16,410 nucleotides of DNA from Paraspadella gotoi (GCA_051294375.1 JBJCIZ010000839.1:1-16410), one strand, 5' to 3'. Shown: positions 1-11,095, counted from the stretch's first letter. Notes: a model not told the origin generated them from the sequence alone. Program-made: numbers and translations.

Positions 1-747
1 CTTTTAGATCGTATCCAAGTTTCTTTTTATTTTTTTTAAAGTTCGTGAAGCTTTGGAAATTTGTCGGCACAGCAGCGGACCAGGCGAAGGACTCTATGAA
101 GACTGATATTTATTATCTTTTCTTGTTTTGTCTCTTTTAGACTTAAAAATTAAGTCGAAATATATGGCAAACAAATTTTTTTTTGCACTGTTACTTCATA
201 GTGAAAATAGGTATTTAATTAAGCATTCTACTAGTGCATGTGGTGACACTAAAGCAATAAATAATTCTTCTTTTTCTCTCTTTTTCTTTTCCTCTTTAGA
301 ACGAACAAAGAAGCAAATAAAATAAAACCGTATGAATGAAAAAAATCAATAAAAAAATTATTATAAAAAAATTACGAATAAATAATAGAAGGAAGGAATC
401 TTTAAAAAGACAGTAAGGCTAACTAAAAATATCCTTCAATGATGATATACTTTTTAATAAAACAAAAAAATATTTATAAATCAATAAATATTTTGATCAA
501 TAGCTCAATCAATAAACCATTCAATCAATAAACTAATATTCATATTTTATATTTATAATAATGGTCATGGTTTATGAAAGACTAACAACTAGTAAAATAA
601 TGAGGAAGAGAAATAGAGAAAGAAAAAGAGAGACCGAGAAAACTTAATATAAAATTAGAATTACATCGTCCTTTTTCTTCGACTTTTTTATATTTGTATT
701 ACTATTTAATACTTTAGTTTGTTTTAAATATTAATATTTTAAATGGT

Positions 748-750
<3 letters not shown>

Positions 751-817
<67 letters not shown>

Positions 818-826
818 CCCCTCTCT
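751..826 (+). repeat. (CT)n microsatellite, imperfect
   Basis: Directly visible CT dinucleotide run; it explains the SLSL/RERE stretches in ORFs 743..1183 and 739..927. Confidence 0.95.
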
Positions 827-1287
827 GTCCAAGAAAAACAGACGCTCCGCCTGCCCCCTAAAATAATGGAAAACAAACGCCACAAAAAATCTGCAGTGAA
901 AACAAGGGCCTGCCCGCTGCTTGCCAAAGCTTTGGCGCCCGCCTTAATCTTCTACTCTTTTGGGATTTTTTTCCTCCCTTGTTTCATCCTTCCCTTTTTC
1001 CTTTCTCCTTTTCATCCTTTTATTTCTTATCGTCTTCCTTTCCCCGAGCTTTCTTCCTTTCTTTTTAATTCGCCGTCGCCGAGTACTCGCGGTAGCCGGG
1101 CGCACTCTATTAGCTCACTTTTCGCGGTCGGCTTTTGTCGTTCCGCCTCGGTCCGTCGCGTCTGCTCCCACTTATGTTATTAAAAATGCATTTACAATTT
1201 GCCCTTATTTGTAGCATCCGCTCACCTTCAGGAAGTTTCATTAAAACTATGCAAGAATATTTAAAAGACTGCAATTTTGGCATGTCA

Positions 1288-1314
1288 CCCCCCCCCCCCC
1301 TTCCCCCCCCCCCC
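1288..1314 (+). repeat. C13-TT-C12 homopolymer tract (G-quadruplex capable on minus strand)
   Basis: Directly visible; G4 potential is inferred from the G-runs on the minus strand. Confidence 0.85.
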
Positions 1315-2520
1315 TGATACACCAGGCAAAGTTTTTAGTCATATCACGTGATCAAAGGGAAATACGTGAAAATTAAAGTACCCTGTGTCAGCAATGCGAT
1401 TGCAAATTATTACCGTTCTTCTTTCTGCCTTTTCGGCTTTTGCTTCTTTTTTTTTCCTCTTTCTTCCTTCGTATTATTATTTGCTCATGAATTATTTCTT
1501 TCTCTGTCCCTTTTCCCCCTTTTCTGTTCGCTTCTGATCTTTTGTGGAGTCTATCAGTCGCCGCCAGGAGCTTTATCTTACGCACGCGGGCCTTGATTAT
1601 TTTTTTTTGTATTATTTCCTTTTTCTTATTTTAGGTTTTGATTATTTCTCCCGGGCATACGAGGGCGACGCCAAGCGACGCCATTGTTCGCAGCCTCGTT
1701 CTTCATTTCTTTTTTATGATTTTCCCTTAGTTCTAACTTCTTAGGCTCTATACAAGTTTCCCCCATTTGTACTGGTTCACAACTTTTTGCCTGAGCTTCG
1801 CCTTCACTTTTCTTGGTGAACGACCGCTTCTGCGTTTCTTCGAATCACAATCAAAGACTCAAATCGATCAAAAAAAAAAAAAAGTATGAAAATCGGGTGA
1901 CGAACGATTATACGACGACTACACACTCAAGGAAAATATTGCATGCATAAACAATATATTAAAAAGTAAATTGTTTAGTAATATTTTGCCTGATATGACT
2001 TATGCGAAATAAGAATGTCACAGTAATGGTATAACACCATAATTTATTCTATGCTTTTAATAATGGCGGAGGTTAGATCCAGATCGTGGACTCCTCACAA
2101 TTGGAAAGCAAAATTATATCATATATTTTCAAGAAAATTAAAATATATATGAACAGAAATTAAACTCTAAAAAATACAAAAAAAAATCTTTATCCTACCC
2201 ATTTCCTACGACCTTTCCTCCTTACCTGAACTTTCCTTACCCTTCCTCCTCTTTTCCTCGGTCGGGTTTGAAATAATGTTTGCACGCAAATGAGGAGATA
2301 GTTCGGTGTTTACGCCATAAATCAGCGGCCGCCAATTAGCCTTATCAGATTTCCCTCCCGTCCGCTGCCTGCACCCGGGCGCTGGCGTCGTCCAGCCTCA
2401 AGAAACAAGTGAGCAAAACAACCTTTCTCGGCGTGTATTTTCATGCTCCCATTCTGTCCCATTGTCTCTGTCTCTGCCTTTATTGGGGCCTTTTCTTGCC
2501 CGTTAGGCTGCTGCCTATGC

Positions 2521-2529
2521 CTCTCCCTA

Positions 2530-2560
<31 letters not shown>

Positions 2561-2564
2561 TTCT

Positions 2565-2595
<31 letters not shown>

Positions 2596-2700
2596 ATCTC
2601 TCTCTTCTTCGCTATCTACTCTTTCTTACTCTCTATCTTTCTCTCTCTCCACCTCACTCTTTTCTATCTGTCTCTCCGGGTCTCTGGTTCTCTTCTTCCT
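2521..2700 (+). repeat. (CT)n microsatellite / polypyrimidine tract
   Basis: Directly visible imperfect CT repeat. Confidence 0.9.
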
Positions 2701-3364
2701 TTCTTTTTTGTGGGTGCGGAACATGTCGGAGGTTATGATAGGCGAGAGTGGTGACGAGGAAAGAGAGAGCAGTACTCAGCGAATATGACGTCGTAAAACC
2801 GCGTTTTTGTGGATAATTTGTCTCTTTTTCCGCGTGTTGAAAAACCACCAAATCGCAGCGCGAAAAACATTTTTATTTATCTTTATTAAATCAAATAGTT
2901 TTGTTATTTTGCTTTCGATTCCAACTTCCCGGGTTGTTTCACCTAGGCGTTAATATTTTTTGATTTCTTTAATACAGACGAGGTGATTTACAAAAAAAAA
3001 TAAAAAGGAACAAAAAAGAAAATCACACAATTAAATTCAAGGGTCGTAGGAAGCGAAACGGTATGTACAGCGGGCGGAGAAAATGGAATAATCCAACTCG
3101 CCACCGAGCGCCACCCCGAGCCGAGGCACCGGTCATTTCAAACCTTCAACCGTCTTTGGTGTTCTGGCCGTTCTTTTGTTTCGCTTTTATTCCCCCTTGT
3201 TTGCGGGCGAGACAGAGATGAAAAAAAAACTCGGGGTGAGATGGAAGACCAATGAAAAAGGCCGATAAAATTAAAGAGAAAATAAAAATTAATTAAAAAA
3301 AAAATTGAGAATTTCGACTCGTGAGGAATCGAAGTATTCTTAAGAATCCTTAGGGAGTTTGAAG

Positions 3365-3544
3365 TCTCTTCGTCTCTCTCTCTGGCTCTCTCTCTCTTCT
3401 TCTCTCTCTCTCTTCTCTCTCTCTTCTCTCATCCTGCTCTTCTCTACTGCTCTGCTCTCTCTCTCTTTCTCTCTCTCTCTCTGTCGCGTTTAACAACCGA
3501 CGGACAGGACCGACCCGACCCGAAAAAAAAAAAAAAAAAAAAAA
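3365..3544 (+). repeat. (CT)n tract (3365-3482), CCGAC-type short repeats and A22 run (3523-3544)
   Basis: Directly visible. Confidence 0.85.
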
Positions 3545-4169
3545 CGGCCGGAGACGACCCGATTTAAATCGACCGCATTTGCATCTAGCATTCCAGATTA
3601 GCCGCCGGCTTGCAGTAAGACGGGTAGGTGCTGCCACAAGCGAGAGCCGTGGCGCTAACAGCTAGCTAGCTGCTGTAAAGTAGGTTGAGCGGTCTGCTAG
3701 GTTATAACAAGCCTTTAGGTATGGAGAAGTATACTTAGCTTTATTTAGGAAGCATGCAGGACGATCCTAAGGCGCTTTTAGAAAGACGGAAGCTCAGGAT
3801 CTCTTAAATCCCCCTAATGATTCTAAGGCGCGTGACCGGAAGGGCGATGAAGCTGTGATTCGAACACTCGCCAAATTTTCTCGATCCCAACGTTTGACGA
3901 TAGTCCCGGACGCCGCCGCCGTCGCTTGCCCCTACTCTGCCATGCCTGATCCCTGTCACCGCTGACGACGCCGTCAACGACGCCGAAATTAAGACGATTA
4001 ACGACCGCATATGAATCGCGACGACGACGCCGTCACAAGGCTAAAAAATGGCACTAACGAATCGAACGATTCACCTAAACGAGGAAGACTACGACGGACC
4101 AAGATGAACTGACAACGAATTGTTTGCTAGATTGTTTGTAGTGCGGACGCCACAGACGCCGAATTGGCC

Positions 4170-4190
4170 TGTTGTTGTTGTTGTTGTTGT
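4170..4190 (+). repeat. (TGT)7 microsatellite
   Basis: Directly visible. Confidence 0.9.
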
Positions 4191-4350
4191 TTCGTTTACC
4201 CAAATTTAGTTTGGGACGGGACGCTTATTTCGTGGGTCTTTCTTTTTTTGTTTAATTAATATTTAAACGTTGGAAGTCTTAGATTAACGTAAGAAGTCGG
4301 GCGAGTAATCGTTCTGTGATGACCTACGATGTGAGGGGCAGTGCGGCACT

Positions 4351-4356
<6 letters not shown>

Positions 4357-4381
<25 letters not shown>

Positions 4382-4409
4382 AGCTACTCTCTCTCCTCTC
4401 TCTCTCTTC
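4357..4409 (+). repeat. (CT)n microsatellite
   Basis: Directly visible. Confidence 0.9.
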
Positions 4410-5454
4410 CAACAAAAAAAAAATGTTTCTCTCCTAGATTACGGGTTCCGGCGTTGAGCGCGAAAGCCATCAAAGGGCACGACCGTCAACCATGCACCAT
4501 AACCCGAATCAGAAATCGGGAAAAACCGATCGATCGAACCAAAACAAAGAGAGGGTGACCAGGAAAATAATTTTCCTTTTCCTTTACTTATCGTTCAACT
4601 TTTTGTCATAAAAGCGAAAAGTAAATGAATGCTAAAAAGAAAGTTTCATTTAGAAATATTTTTCTATTGTAAAATACAATGTAAGCAGCTCGTTGTTTAA
4701 ATTGTTTTTTTACAGGCATCACCTCGCGTTTTGTCGAGTGACAAATATCAAAACTGGATCAAACGGCGATCCTTTCAGCTGTGGAATAAACTCTCGTGTT
4801 TTGCAAATTACCAAGGGAAAAAAAAGGGAGCAAAGTTGTATTAAAGGCGGCCAAAATGAGAGTGGAAATAATTGGGCAATGGCCTGGACGTGGAGTAGAA
4901 AAAAAATAAATTTTATGCCCCGAGATGAAAGACTATTTAGTAGGGTGGAGCCGATGAAAAGATTACAGTTGTGATTTTTTTTGCCTGCTTATATAGACAT
5001 TGCTAATTAATGAATTTTAAATCTTCTTTAAAAAATCTTTTTTAGCATAACCAGTATGGTAAATTCAATTAATTTATGTAGTAATATCCTTACAAAATCG
5101 GTTAAATTGCAAAATAATTTTATTTTTGTGAGAACAGATTATTTAATGTTATATGATATATAGGTTTCTACTACAGAGAATAAAAAAAGTCAAGTCAGAA
5201 TTTCACCTTTTTTACTCGTTTTAAACGTTGAAGATGACAGAATTGATTGATAACATATAGTTATATTTTTGATTCAACTTTTTATAAAGAATCTGAATCT
5301 TTAATAAGAAAGTTTTTTAAAAAATATTATTTTAAATTTATTATTTGATGGAGAATATTACTACAATGATATTATTATTTATGACTATTCTAAATATAAT
5401 AACATACATTACTAAAGGTGGGTCGTGAACTCTTCCTAACGAGCAAAATCCTGC

Positions 5455-5668
5455 GTCGGATTTTGCCCGCGGAGTCAAGGTTTAGCCGACTTTTTCGTCC
5501 GGCCTTTGCTCTGTATCCAAGTTCCGCGCCAACTTTTCTCCGGGCCTTTGCCTGCGACCCAAGTTTCGGCTCGACTTTTTCGTCCGGCCTTTGCCTGGAG
5601 CCAAGTTTCCGCGCCGACTTTTCGTGCCGGCCTATTGCCCTGAGCCAAATTTCCGGGCGACTTTTTCT
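5455..5668. repeat. GC-rich ~43-bp minisatellite, 4 full plus 2 partial copies
   Basis: Units start at 5486, 5529, 5571 and 5614 (43, 42, 43, 43 bp). Approximate consensus CCGACTTTTTCGTCCGGCCTTTGCCTGGAGCCAAGTTTCCGCG. Partial copies at 5455-5485 and 5657-5668. Confidence 0.9.
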
Positions 5669-5795
5669 CTCCCTCGAGATTCCCGAGTTAGAACAAACCC
5701 GGGATTCCAGGATGGAACCGAAATTTAGCTTGCCGCCGAGTCAAACCTTTGCGTCGTCGCATTGAGAGCAACGCCTCGCTGCGATTGTGGGTTCG

Positions 5796-5796
<1 letters not shown>

Positions 5797-5826
<30 letters not shown>
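5797..5826 (+). repeat. (TCG)10 microsatellite
   Basis: Directly visible. Confidence 0.95.
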
Positions 5827-5827
<1 letters not shown>

Positions 5828-6023
5828 GTGATGACGAACGTCCAAAACCGCAGACGAACGAACATCCATGCTTGATTTATTGCGTTAAGAAAATTCAACC
5901 CTTAGTTATTTTCTACCATTTGACTAAATTGTGTGACAGGGAAGGTTTAACTTATGTAAGTCGCTCACAGTGAACAATATGAATATCTACCTCCTAGATT
6001 GCACCTCAATAACGATACATTAG

Positions 6024-6327
6024 GAGTCAATCGACGTCAATGGAGTAGAACACGACGATGGCCTACAATAATTTCCAATTAGTATACAACGATTTCAAGA
6101 GCGACAACGACAACATATGAATGTCAATGGTGGCCGACAATGACAATGAATACATATGACGTCAATTGTTACTAATGACGTAAATGGATATCGAAAATGT
6201 CAATAGCTGACATACAAATGTCATCAAATAAACTGACGTCGATCGACTACAACGGACTACAATAGAGAGAAACGACGACAATGGATACAATGAGTCAATG
6301 GCCTACATTTGACTGTCAACGGAGACT
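6024..6327. repeat. Degenerate short-period (~18 bp) tandem repeat, approximate consensus GACGTCAATGGATACAAT
   Basis: Recurrent GTCAAT(GG) and (T)ACAAT(GA) words, e.g. gacgtcaatggag 6033, atgtcaatggtg 6121, gacgtcaattg 6158, gacaatggatacaatgagtcaatggcctaca 6277-6307. Period estimated by eye. Confidence 0.6.
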
Positions 6328-6439
6328 AAAAATCGCGCCGCCCGTTTCCCTGACGGTCGTTTATCCTCTATCATGCGAGTTTGCGAGCCTCGCGACCCGG
6401 CGCGAGATCGCGATACGGCGTTCCGGTTCCGCGCGGGTC

Positions 6440-6660
6440 AATGCAAGAGGGGGAAATGGAACCGCGAGTAGAAATGCGAAATTTGAAATGGTGAAAATGC
6501 AATGGAGAATGAAATGGAATGGAAGGAAGAATGGGAAGGGCGAAAATAGAAATAAGAATGGAATGAAAGGAAATGAATGGGGAAATGGAAAAGAGAAAAG
6601 AAATATAATGAAAGATGACTGTGCGGAATGGCGAAAAGATAGAAAGAAGAGAAATGAAAA
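6440..6660 (+). repeat. Purine-rich low-complexity tract with (GAATG/AAATG)-type pentamers
   Basis: Directly visible; it explains the K/N/G/E/W-biased ORF 6281..6724. Confidence 0.7.
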
Positions 6661-6759
6661 TATATTATTTCTTTTCGGAACAAATAGAACTGGTTTGGAA
6701 AAAAGCTATTTTCTCTGGTCTTAATTCCGTCTAATTTTCATCCTCATTTGGTCTTGCAT

Positions 6760-7070
6760 ATTTTTTTCCCTTTGTCTTTCCGCTTTCTCGTTCTCTTTCT
6801 TTCTCTTTCCCTTTACATTCTCTTCCTTCTTTCCCCTTTTTCCTTTTTCTTTCACCGGATCCCAATCCGTTCGCGCTCCTTCCGTCTGGAATTCGACCTT
6901 GGTCTTCTTCAAGCGACAGACCCTTCCCTTTTCCTTCCAATTTTTTTTTTCTTGCGTATCTCTTCCACGATCTTCATTCTTCTTCTCTCTTTTTCCTTTT
7001 TTTTTTTTCTTACTTTTCTTTTCTTATTTCCTTCCCTTTTCATCCACAAGATTTTCTTCTCTTTCAATTT
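6760..7070 (+). repeat. Polypyrimidine (TTC/TTTC) low-complexity tract
   Basis: Directly visible. Confidence 0.8.
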
Positions 7071-7227
7071 TTGTACCCAAGATTGACCCTTCTGCGACGA
7101 CGCTCCTTTCTTCCTCGAAGAAAAAAAAAACGATTCGCCGCTTTAGGTTTGTTGAGTTTTATTTTTTTTAAAACAAAACTATTATTTACATCCTACTACG
7201 ACAAAAATCGTCACCATCGTCCCGTCG

Positions 7228-7318
7228 TCATCATATCATCATCACATCATATCATTCATCAATCATCATCATTATCATCGATCATGCATTCATCATCCAC
7301 ATTCATCATCATCATCAT
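7228..7318 (+). repeat. Imperfect (ATC)n microsatellite
   Basis: Directly visible. Confidence 0.85.
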
Positions 7319-7584
7319 GTCCACATTTCTTTTCTCTTCATCTTGCATATTTTTTTCTCTTCTTATTTCCTGCCGCCGACCCTGACTAACTAAACTCCTT
7401 CACGCTTTCGCATGAAGTCAATGACCTCGGAGGGAACACATAATCAACCCTTATGCTTCGTGTTTTTTTCTTCACGATGGTCGTCGTCTCGCTCGTTGTC
7501 GTTCGTCGCCTCAACTTTGGATAGACTTCTTTCCATCCAAACTATCCTTTTTTCAAAACATTACGATTTCGTTTTCCCGATCTG

Positions 7585-8162
7585 TCCTTCCTCCTCTTCG
7601 CTACCGCTTCTCCTCCCTCCTGCCTCCTCCCCTCCTCCTAACCTATCCCTCCCTCCTTCATTTAATATGGTCTCCGATCTTTTCGTATTTGACGCTCTTT
7701 CTCTTTTCCTTTCCTCTTCTCCCCGCTTTTAATTCCCCCGCTAATCCCTAAATTTGCTGCGGCTTCCTCCCCATTTTCTTCCTCTTTCCTCCTTCTTGCC
7801 TCCCTTCTCCTCCATCTCCTCTTTCCTACGCCTTCCTCTTCGTCTGTTCCTCCTTGCTCCTCCTCTTTGCCTCTCTTCCTCTTCCTCTTTCCTCCCTTCC
7901 TCTCCTCTTTCCTCGTCCTTCTCACTTCTCTTTCCTTCCGTCCCCTCTTCTCTGACTGGTTTATTCAACATTAATATTTTATTGTCCTATTTCTGCTTTT
8001 ACCTTTATCTCATATTTCCCCCCGCCGCGCCCTTCCTCTTCTTCTTCTTCCTCTCTCTCTCTTCTCTTCTCTCTCTCTCTCTCCTCTCTCTCCGTCTCCT
8101 CTCGTCTCTCATCTCTATCTCTCTCTCTCTCCTCCTTCTCCTCCTCCTCCTCCTTCATCTTC
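7585..8162 (+). repeat. Long polypyrimidine (CCT/CTT/CT) tract
   Basis: Directly visible; it explains ORFs 7754..8305, 7662..7925 and 7979..8170. Confidence 0.85.
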
Positions 8163-8708
8163 CAGAGCATTATTTGCTCAGGTCTCTTCGCCGACGAAGG
8201 TGTTTACGATTCGTTACGTCATGGCGACGCGCGTCTTCTGTCCTCCACTCAAAGATCGTTGCCGCCATCCGAGACGGTAACGTCATCTTGAGCACACACG
8301 AGTAGGCTGAAACGCCATTTATGAGGTTGCTTTGCCCGTCTTTAGAGTCATTCTAACAAAGAAGCACGACAAGCCAAACGTTTTTTAATTCGATGCACAA
8401 GTCGTAGTCCGCCCCGTCAGTCGTAAATTCCGCCTGCTGAGAACGCCAATGTCATTAAGAATTGTCGATGTCGAATCAACCTCGCCTATGTTAGTCGTTC
8501 GAACGTAGACTGCGTCAAGGTTGGACGACAGCGCCTATTGGTTATTTTATCCTGTGGTTACGGTTATGATCCGAGAGAAAGGAAGGGGAGTCATGGAAAG
8601 AATGCGTGTCAGAAAAAAAATACGAAAGGATGTTGATGGATTCTTGCACGAATTGAATTTTTAAAAGTCCCTTCAACCGAAACCGGAAAACCTTATTACG
8701 CCTCGGGG

Positions 8709-8823
8709 CTCTCTCTCTCTCTTCGTCTCTCTCTCTCTCTCATCTCTTCTCCTCTCTCCTTTAATCCTTCCTCTCTCTCTCTCTCTCTCTCCTCTCTCTC
8801 CTCTCTCTCTCTCTTCTCTCTCT
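8709..8823 (+). repeat. (CT)n microsatellite
   Basis: Directly visible. Confidence 0.9.
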
Positions 8824-9494
8824 CATATCGTTAGCGCACACGTCCGCTCCATTCCATTCTCCTTTTCTTGTGTCGGAGTAAATAAATGTCCTATATCAAT
8901 ATGTAGCGCGTAGATTTTCTTTGCTTCCGGAACCGTGGAACCATGTGCTCCCAATTCCATCCGGTTTCCATCCGTTCCTTCCGCAGAGCGACGAACCGTC
9001 TTCGCCCCCTTCCCTCTTCCATCTCAAACTACTCGGTGCATAATTATTCCGCCGAATTTTCGTTCCTACCACGTTCGCCCGATAATCTCAAAAAGAAAGA
9101 GTGAGATAGAGAGAGAGACCAAGGAGAATGATCTGTTTGAGATTGACAAGCAGTACTGAGATAATGTTTCGAGAGAAAGAATTGGAGAGGGTGAAGAAGA
9201 ATGAATGTAATGAATTGGGGTGATGAGAAGGATGAAACGAAAGACCAATATTGTGTTTAACATCATATGCACTTCTATTAAGACAATATAATCGCCCCGA
9301 CTTAAGTACCTCCATCAATGCTGATAAGTATAATAACAGACTGGGCCCTGCTATTGAGAGGCAGATGAGTAGAACCCATGATAGTTTCGGATTGGTTACA
9401 GAGAGATATTGGGGCTGAGACGAGAGACGTTAGTCATGGAGAAGGACTAGAACGAGATTTTAGAGAGAGGGAGATTAACGAGATATAGAAGACA

Positions 9495-9574
9495 CCGCGC
9501 GCGTCGCGGCGCGCGCGCGGCTCGCGCGCGCGTCGCGCGCGCGCGCGCGCGCTGCGCGCGCCGCGGCGCGCGGG
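9495..9574. repeat. Imperfect (CG)n tract, ~80 bp (Z-DNA/hairpin prone)
   Basis: Almost pure alternating CG, 55 bp upstream of an assembly gap. Confidence 0.9.
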
Positions 9575-9629
9575 TTTAGAGCACATTAAAGAATCCATGT
9601 TAATGTGAGTGTATTAATATTAACTTTAA

Positions 9630-9654
9630 NNNNNNNNNNNNNNNNNNNNNNNNN
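9630..9654. other. Assembly gap (25 N)
   Basis: Run of 25 N. Confidence 1.
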
Positions 9655-9972
9655 ATTTTTTGTTGCATTTGAAATAAGCAAGAAGTTTTTATTTCTTTGT
9701 ATTAAATTGCTAAAATATACTAAATACTAAATATAATAAATTAAAATCAGTTCCAATTCATGTTTCGTCCGTTTTAAAAGAAGTTCAAAAAAACGATAAT
9801 AATAAAAATTAATATTTTTAAGGAACGGATTCAGATAGCTCATAAAAGGATTTCTACACTATAGTATAATTCGTATTTCAATATTTTAATAACAAAATAC
9901 CAATATTAATAACCAATTTTAATAACAATTTATAAAGTTTTTGCTAATTTTAAAAATATATTAAGGATTTTA

Positions 9973-9996
9973 CCGTAACGCCGTGAGCGAGCTAGT
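9973..9996 (+). mobile_element. Possible Helitron-like 3' terminus
   Basis: A GC-rich word ccgtaacgccgtgagcgag in very AT-rich DNA ends in CTAG (9992-9995) followed by T, the canonical Helitron CTRR/T end. The hairpin is poor. Confidence 0.3.
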
Positions 9997-10429
9997 GTAT
10001 TCTGACTTGCTTTTCATTTATTCAAATTCAAAGTTATAAGTTTAATAATTTAAACAAATACAATGCGTTTTTTTTATGCGTGCGCATTGTATTGCATACA
10101 ATAAAAGCCATACTTGTTAATATTTTTCAGTAGTTGTTTATGAATATGATAGTGGTATGTCTTATCTTCAATTCGCCTGATTTTAAGCTTTCATTAACTA
10201 TCCAATTTAAAAATAAAAAAAATTTGGAAGATTATAAAAAATATGCTTAAATTGTCAAATACTTTGTATTTCTTACCATTTATAAATCTTACATGATTAA
10301 CTTAATTATCTGACAATATCATTATTATCATTATAATTTTTTTATAAAAAAAAGTTTAATAAAAAATAAACCATAAGAGTAACTTACCCGAACCTTACCT
10401 CAAAATTTTTTTAACCAAAATACCATGTA

Positions 10430-10469
10430 CACTAGACACATTTGTTTCCGCGGAAAATGATCATAGTCT
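10430..10469 (+). mobile_element. Putative DNA transposon terminal inverted repeat, left copy (Tc1/mariner-like TA-CAC start)
   Basis: 10433-10466 is the reverse complement of 16181-16214 at 33/34 positions. It is preceded by TA (10428-10429) plus CAC and contains the palindrome TTTCCGCGGAAA. Confidence 0.55.
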
Positions 10470-10782
10470 TCAAAAAGGTGTCATTCTGTTCGTATTTTAG
10501 AGCTATACAAAATAAAGGCATATGTATTACATTTTTTTTAATATCTCGCCTTTCCCACAAGCGTTAAAGTTCCACGGGCGTCAAAATAACTTATTTTCAG
10601 CAATTTCTCAGGTTCTTCAGAAAACTTTTAAAAATAATGATGAAATTTATATTATTTGTTATTCTTAAATGTTACCCGATATATTTAATGTATAATCGTA
10701 TTGTTGTCCTCAACATAGAAACCAAAACGATCCCGATCATTCAGCGCACGATAATACTACATACAACAGCCATTGGAATCGT

Positions 10783-10954
10783 TATATTATGTAATCACAT
10801 TGGATATGAATCATTATATACTATGTAATCACATAGTGAATTATGAACTGCTTATACTATCGCGTACATCAATTGACTACCTATTATTGAGCCATGTGAT
10901 TATAAATTATTAAAAATACTTCGCCCCGAGCGAAACGGGGGAGGAAAAAGCTAT
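10783..10954 (+). mobile_element. Possible non-autonomous Helitron-like remnant (3' hairpin plus sub-terminal repeats)
   Basis: Hairpin CCCCG-agcgaaa-CGGGG (10924-10940) followed by gaggaaaaagCTAT resembles insect Helitron ends but has CTAT rather than CTAG. TATGTAATCACAT is repeated at 10788 and 10822, with an inverted part-copy at 10894-10902. Confidence 0.35.
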
Positions 10955-11095
10955 TCTGGTTTTCGACGGCGGCGCCGTATTTTGGAATACGACTCGGGTT
11001 TTATATTATTTTATTATCGAGACGGCGCCCGGTTCTGGAAACGGTCGGCGTCGGCGACAACACACTTCCGTGAGAATATACAGAATCTGAAAATA

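Noticed and set aside
1370-1392. Mariner-like TIR end (ACCCTGT)
   Set aside because: A 7-bp match only, with no TA flank and no partner repeat found.
3600-4160. Coding or TE fragment in the GAC-rich complex stretch
   Set aside because: No long ORF (68 aa at most) and no identifiable motif.
4693-4974. Possible coding exon after the acceptor ttttttacAG (4714)
   Set aside because: No recognisable protein similarity and no good donor site; an ORF of this length is expected by chance.
5455-5668. CRISPR array
   Set aside because: The units are head-to-tail with no unique spacers, there are no cas genes, and the context is eukaryotic.
6440-7070. Long fold-back between adjacent purine and pyrimidine tracts
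   Set aside because: The complementarity is compositional only; I could not trace an extended exact inverted repeat.
739-8305. Many 60-183 aa ORFs rich in S/L/F or R/E/K (e.g. 743..1183, 2409..2738, 6281..6724, 7754..8305)
   Set aside because: They are stop-free translations of CT/CTT/GAA simple repeats, often open on both strands and in several frames, with no domain signatures.
10371-10402. Insect telomeric (TTAGG)n remnant
   Set aside because: Only a few degenerate TAACC/TTACC words and no true tandem array.
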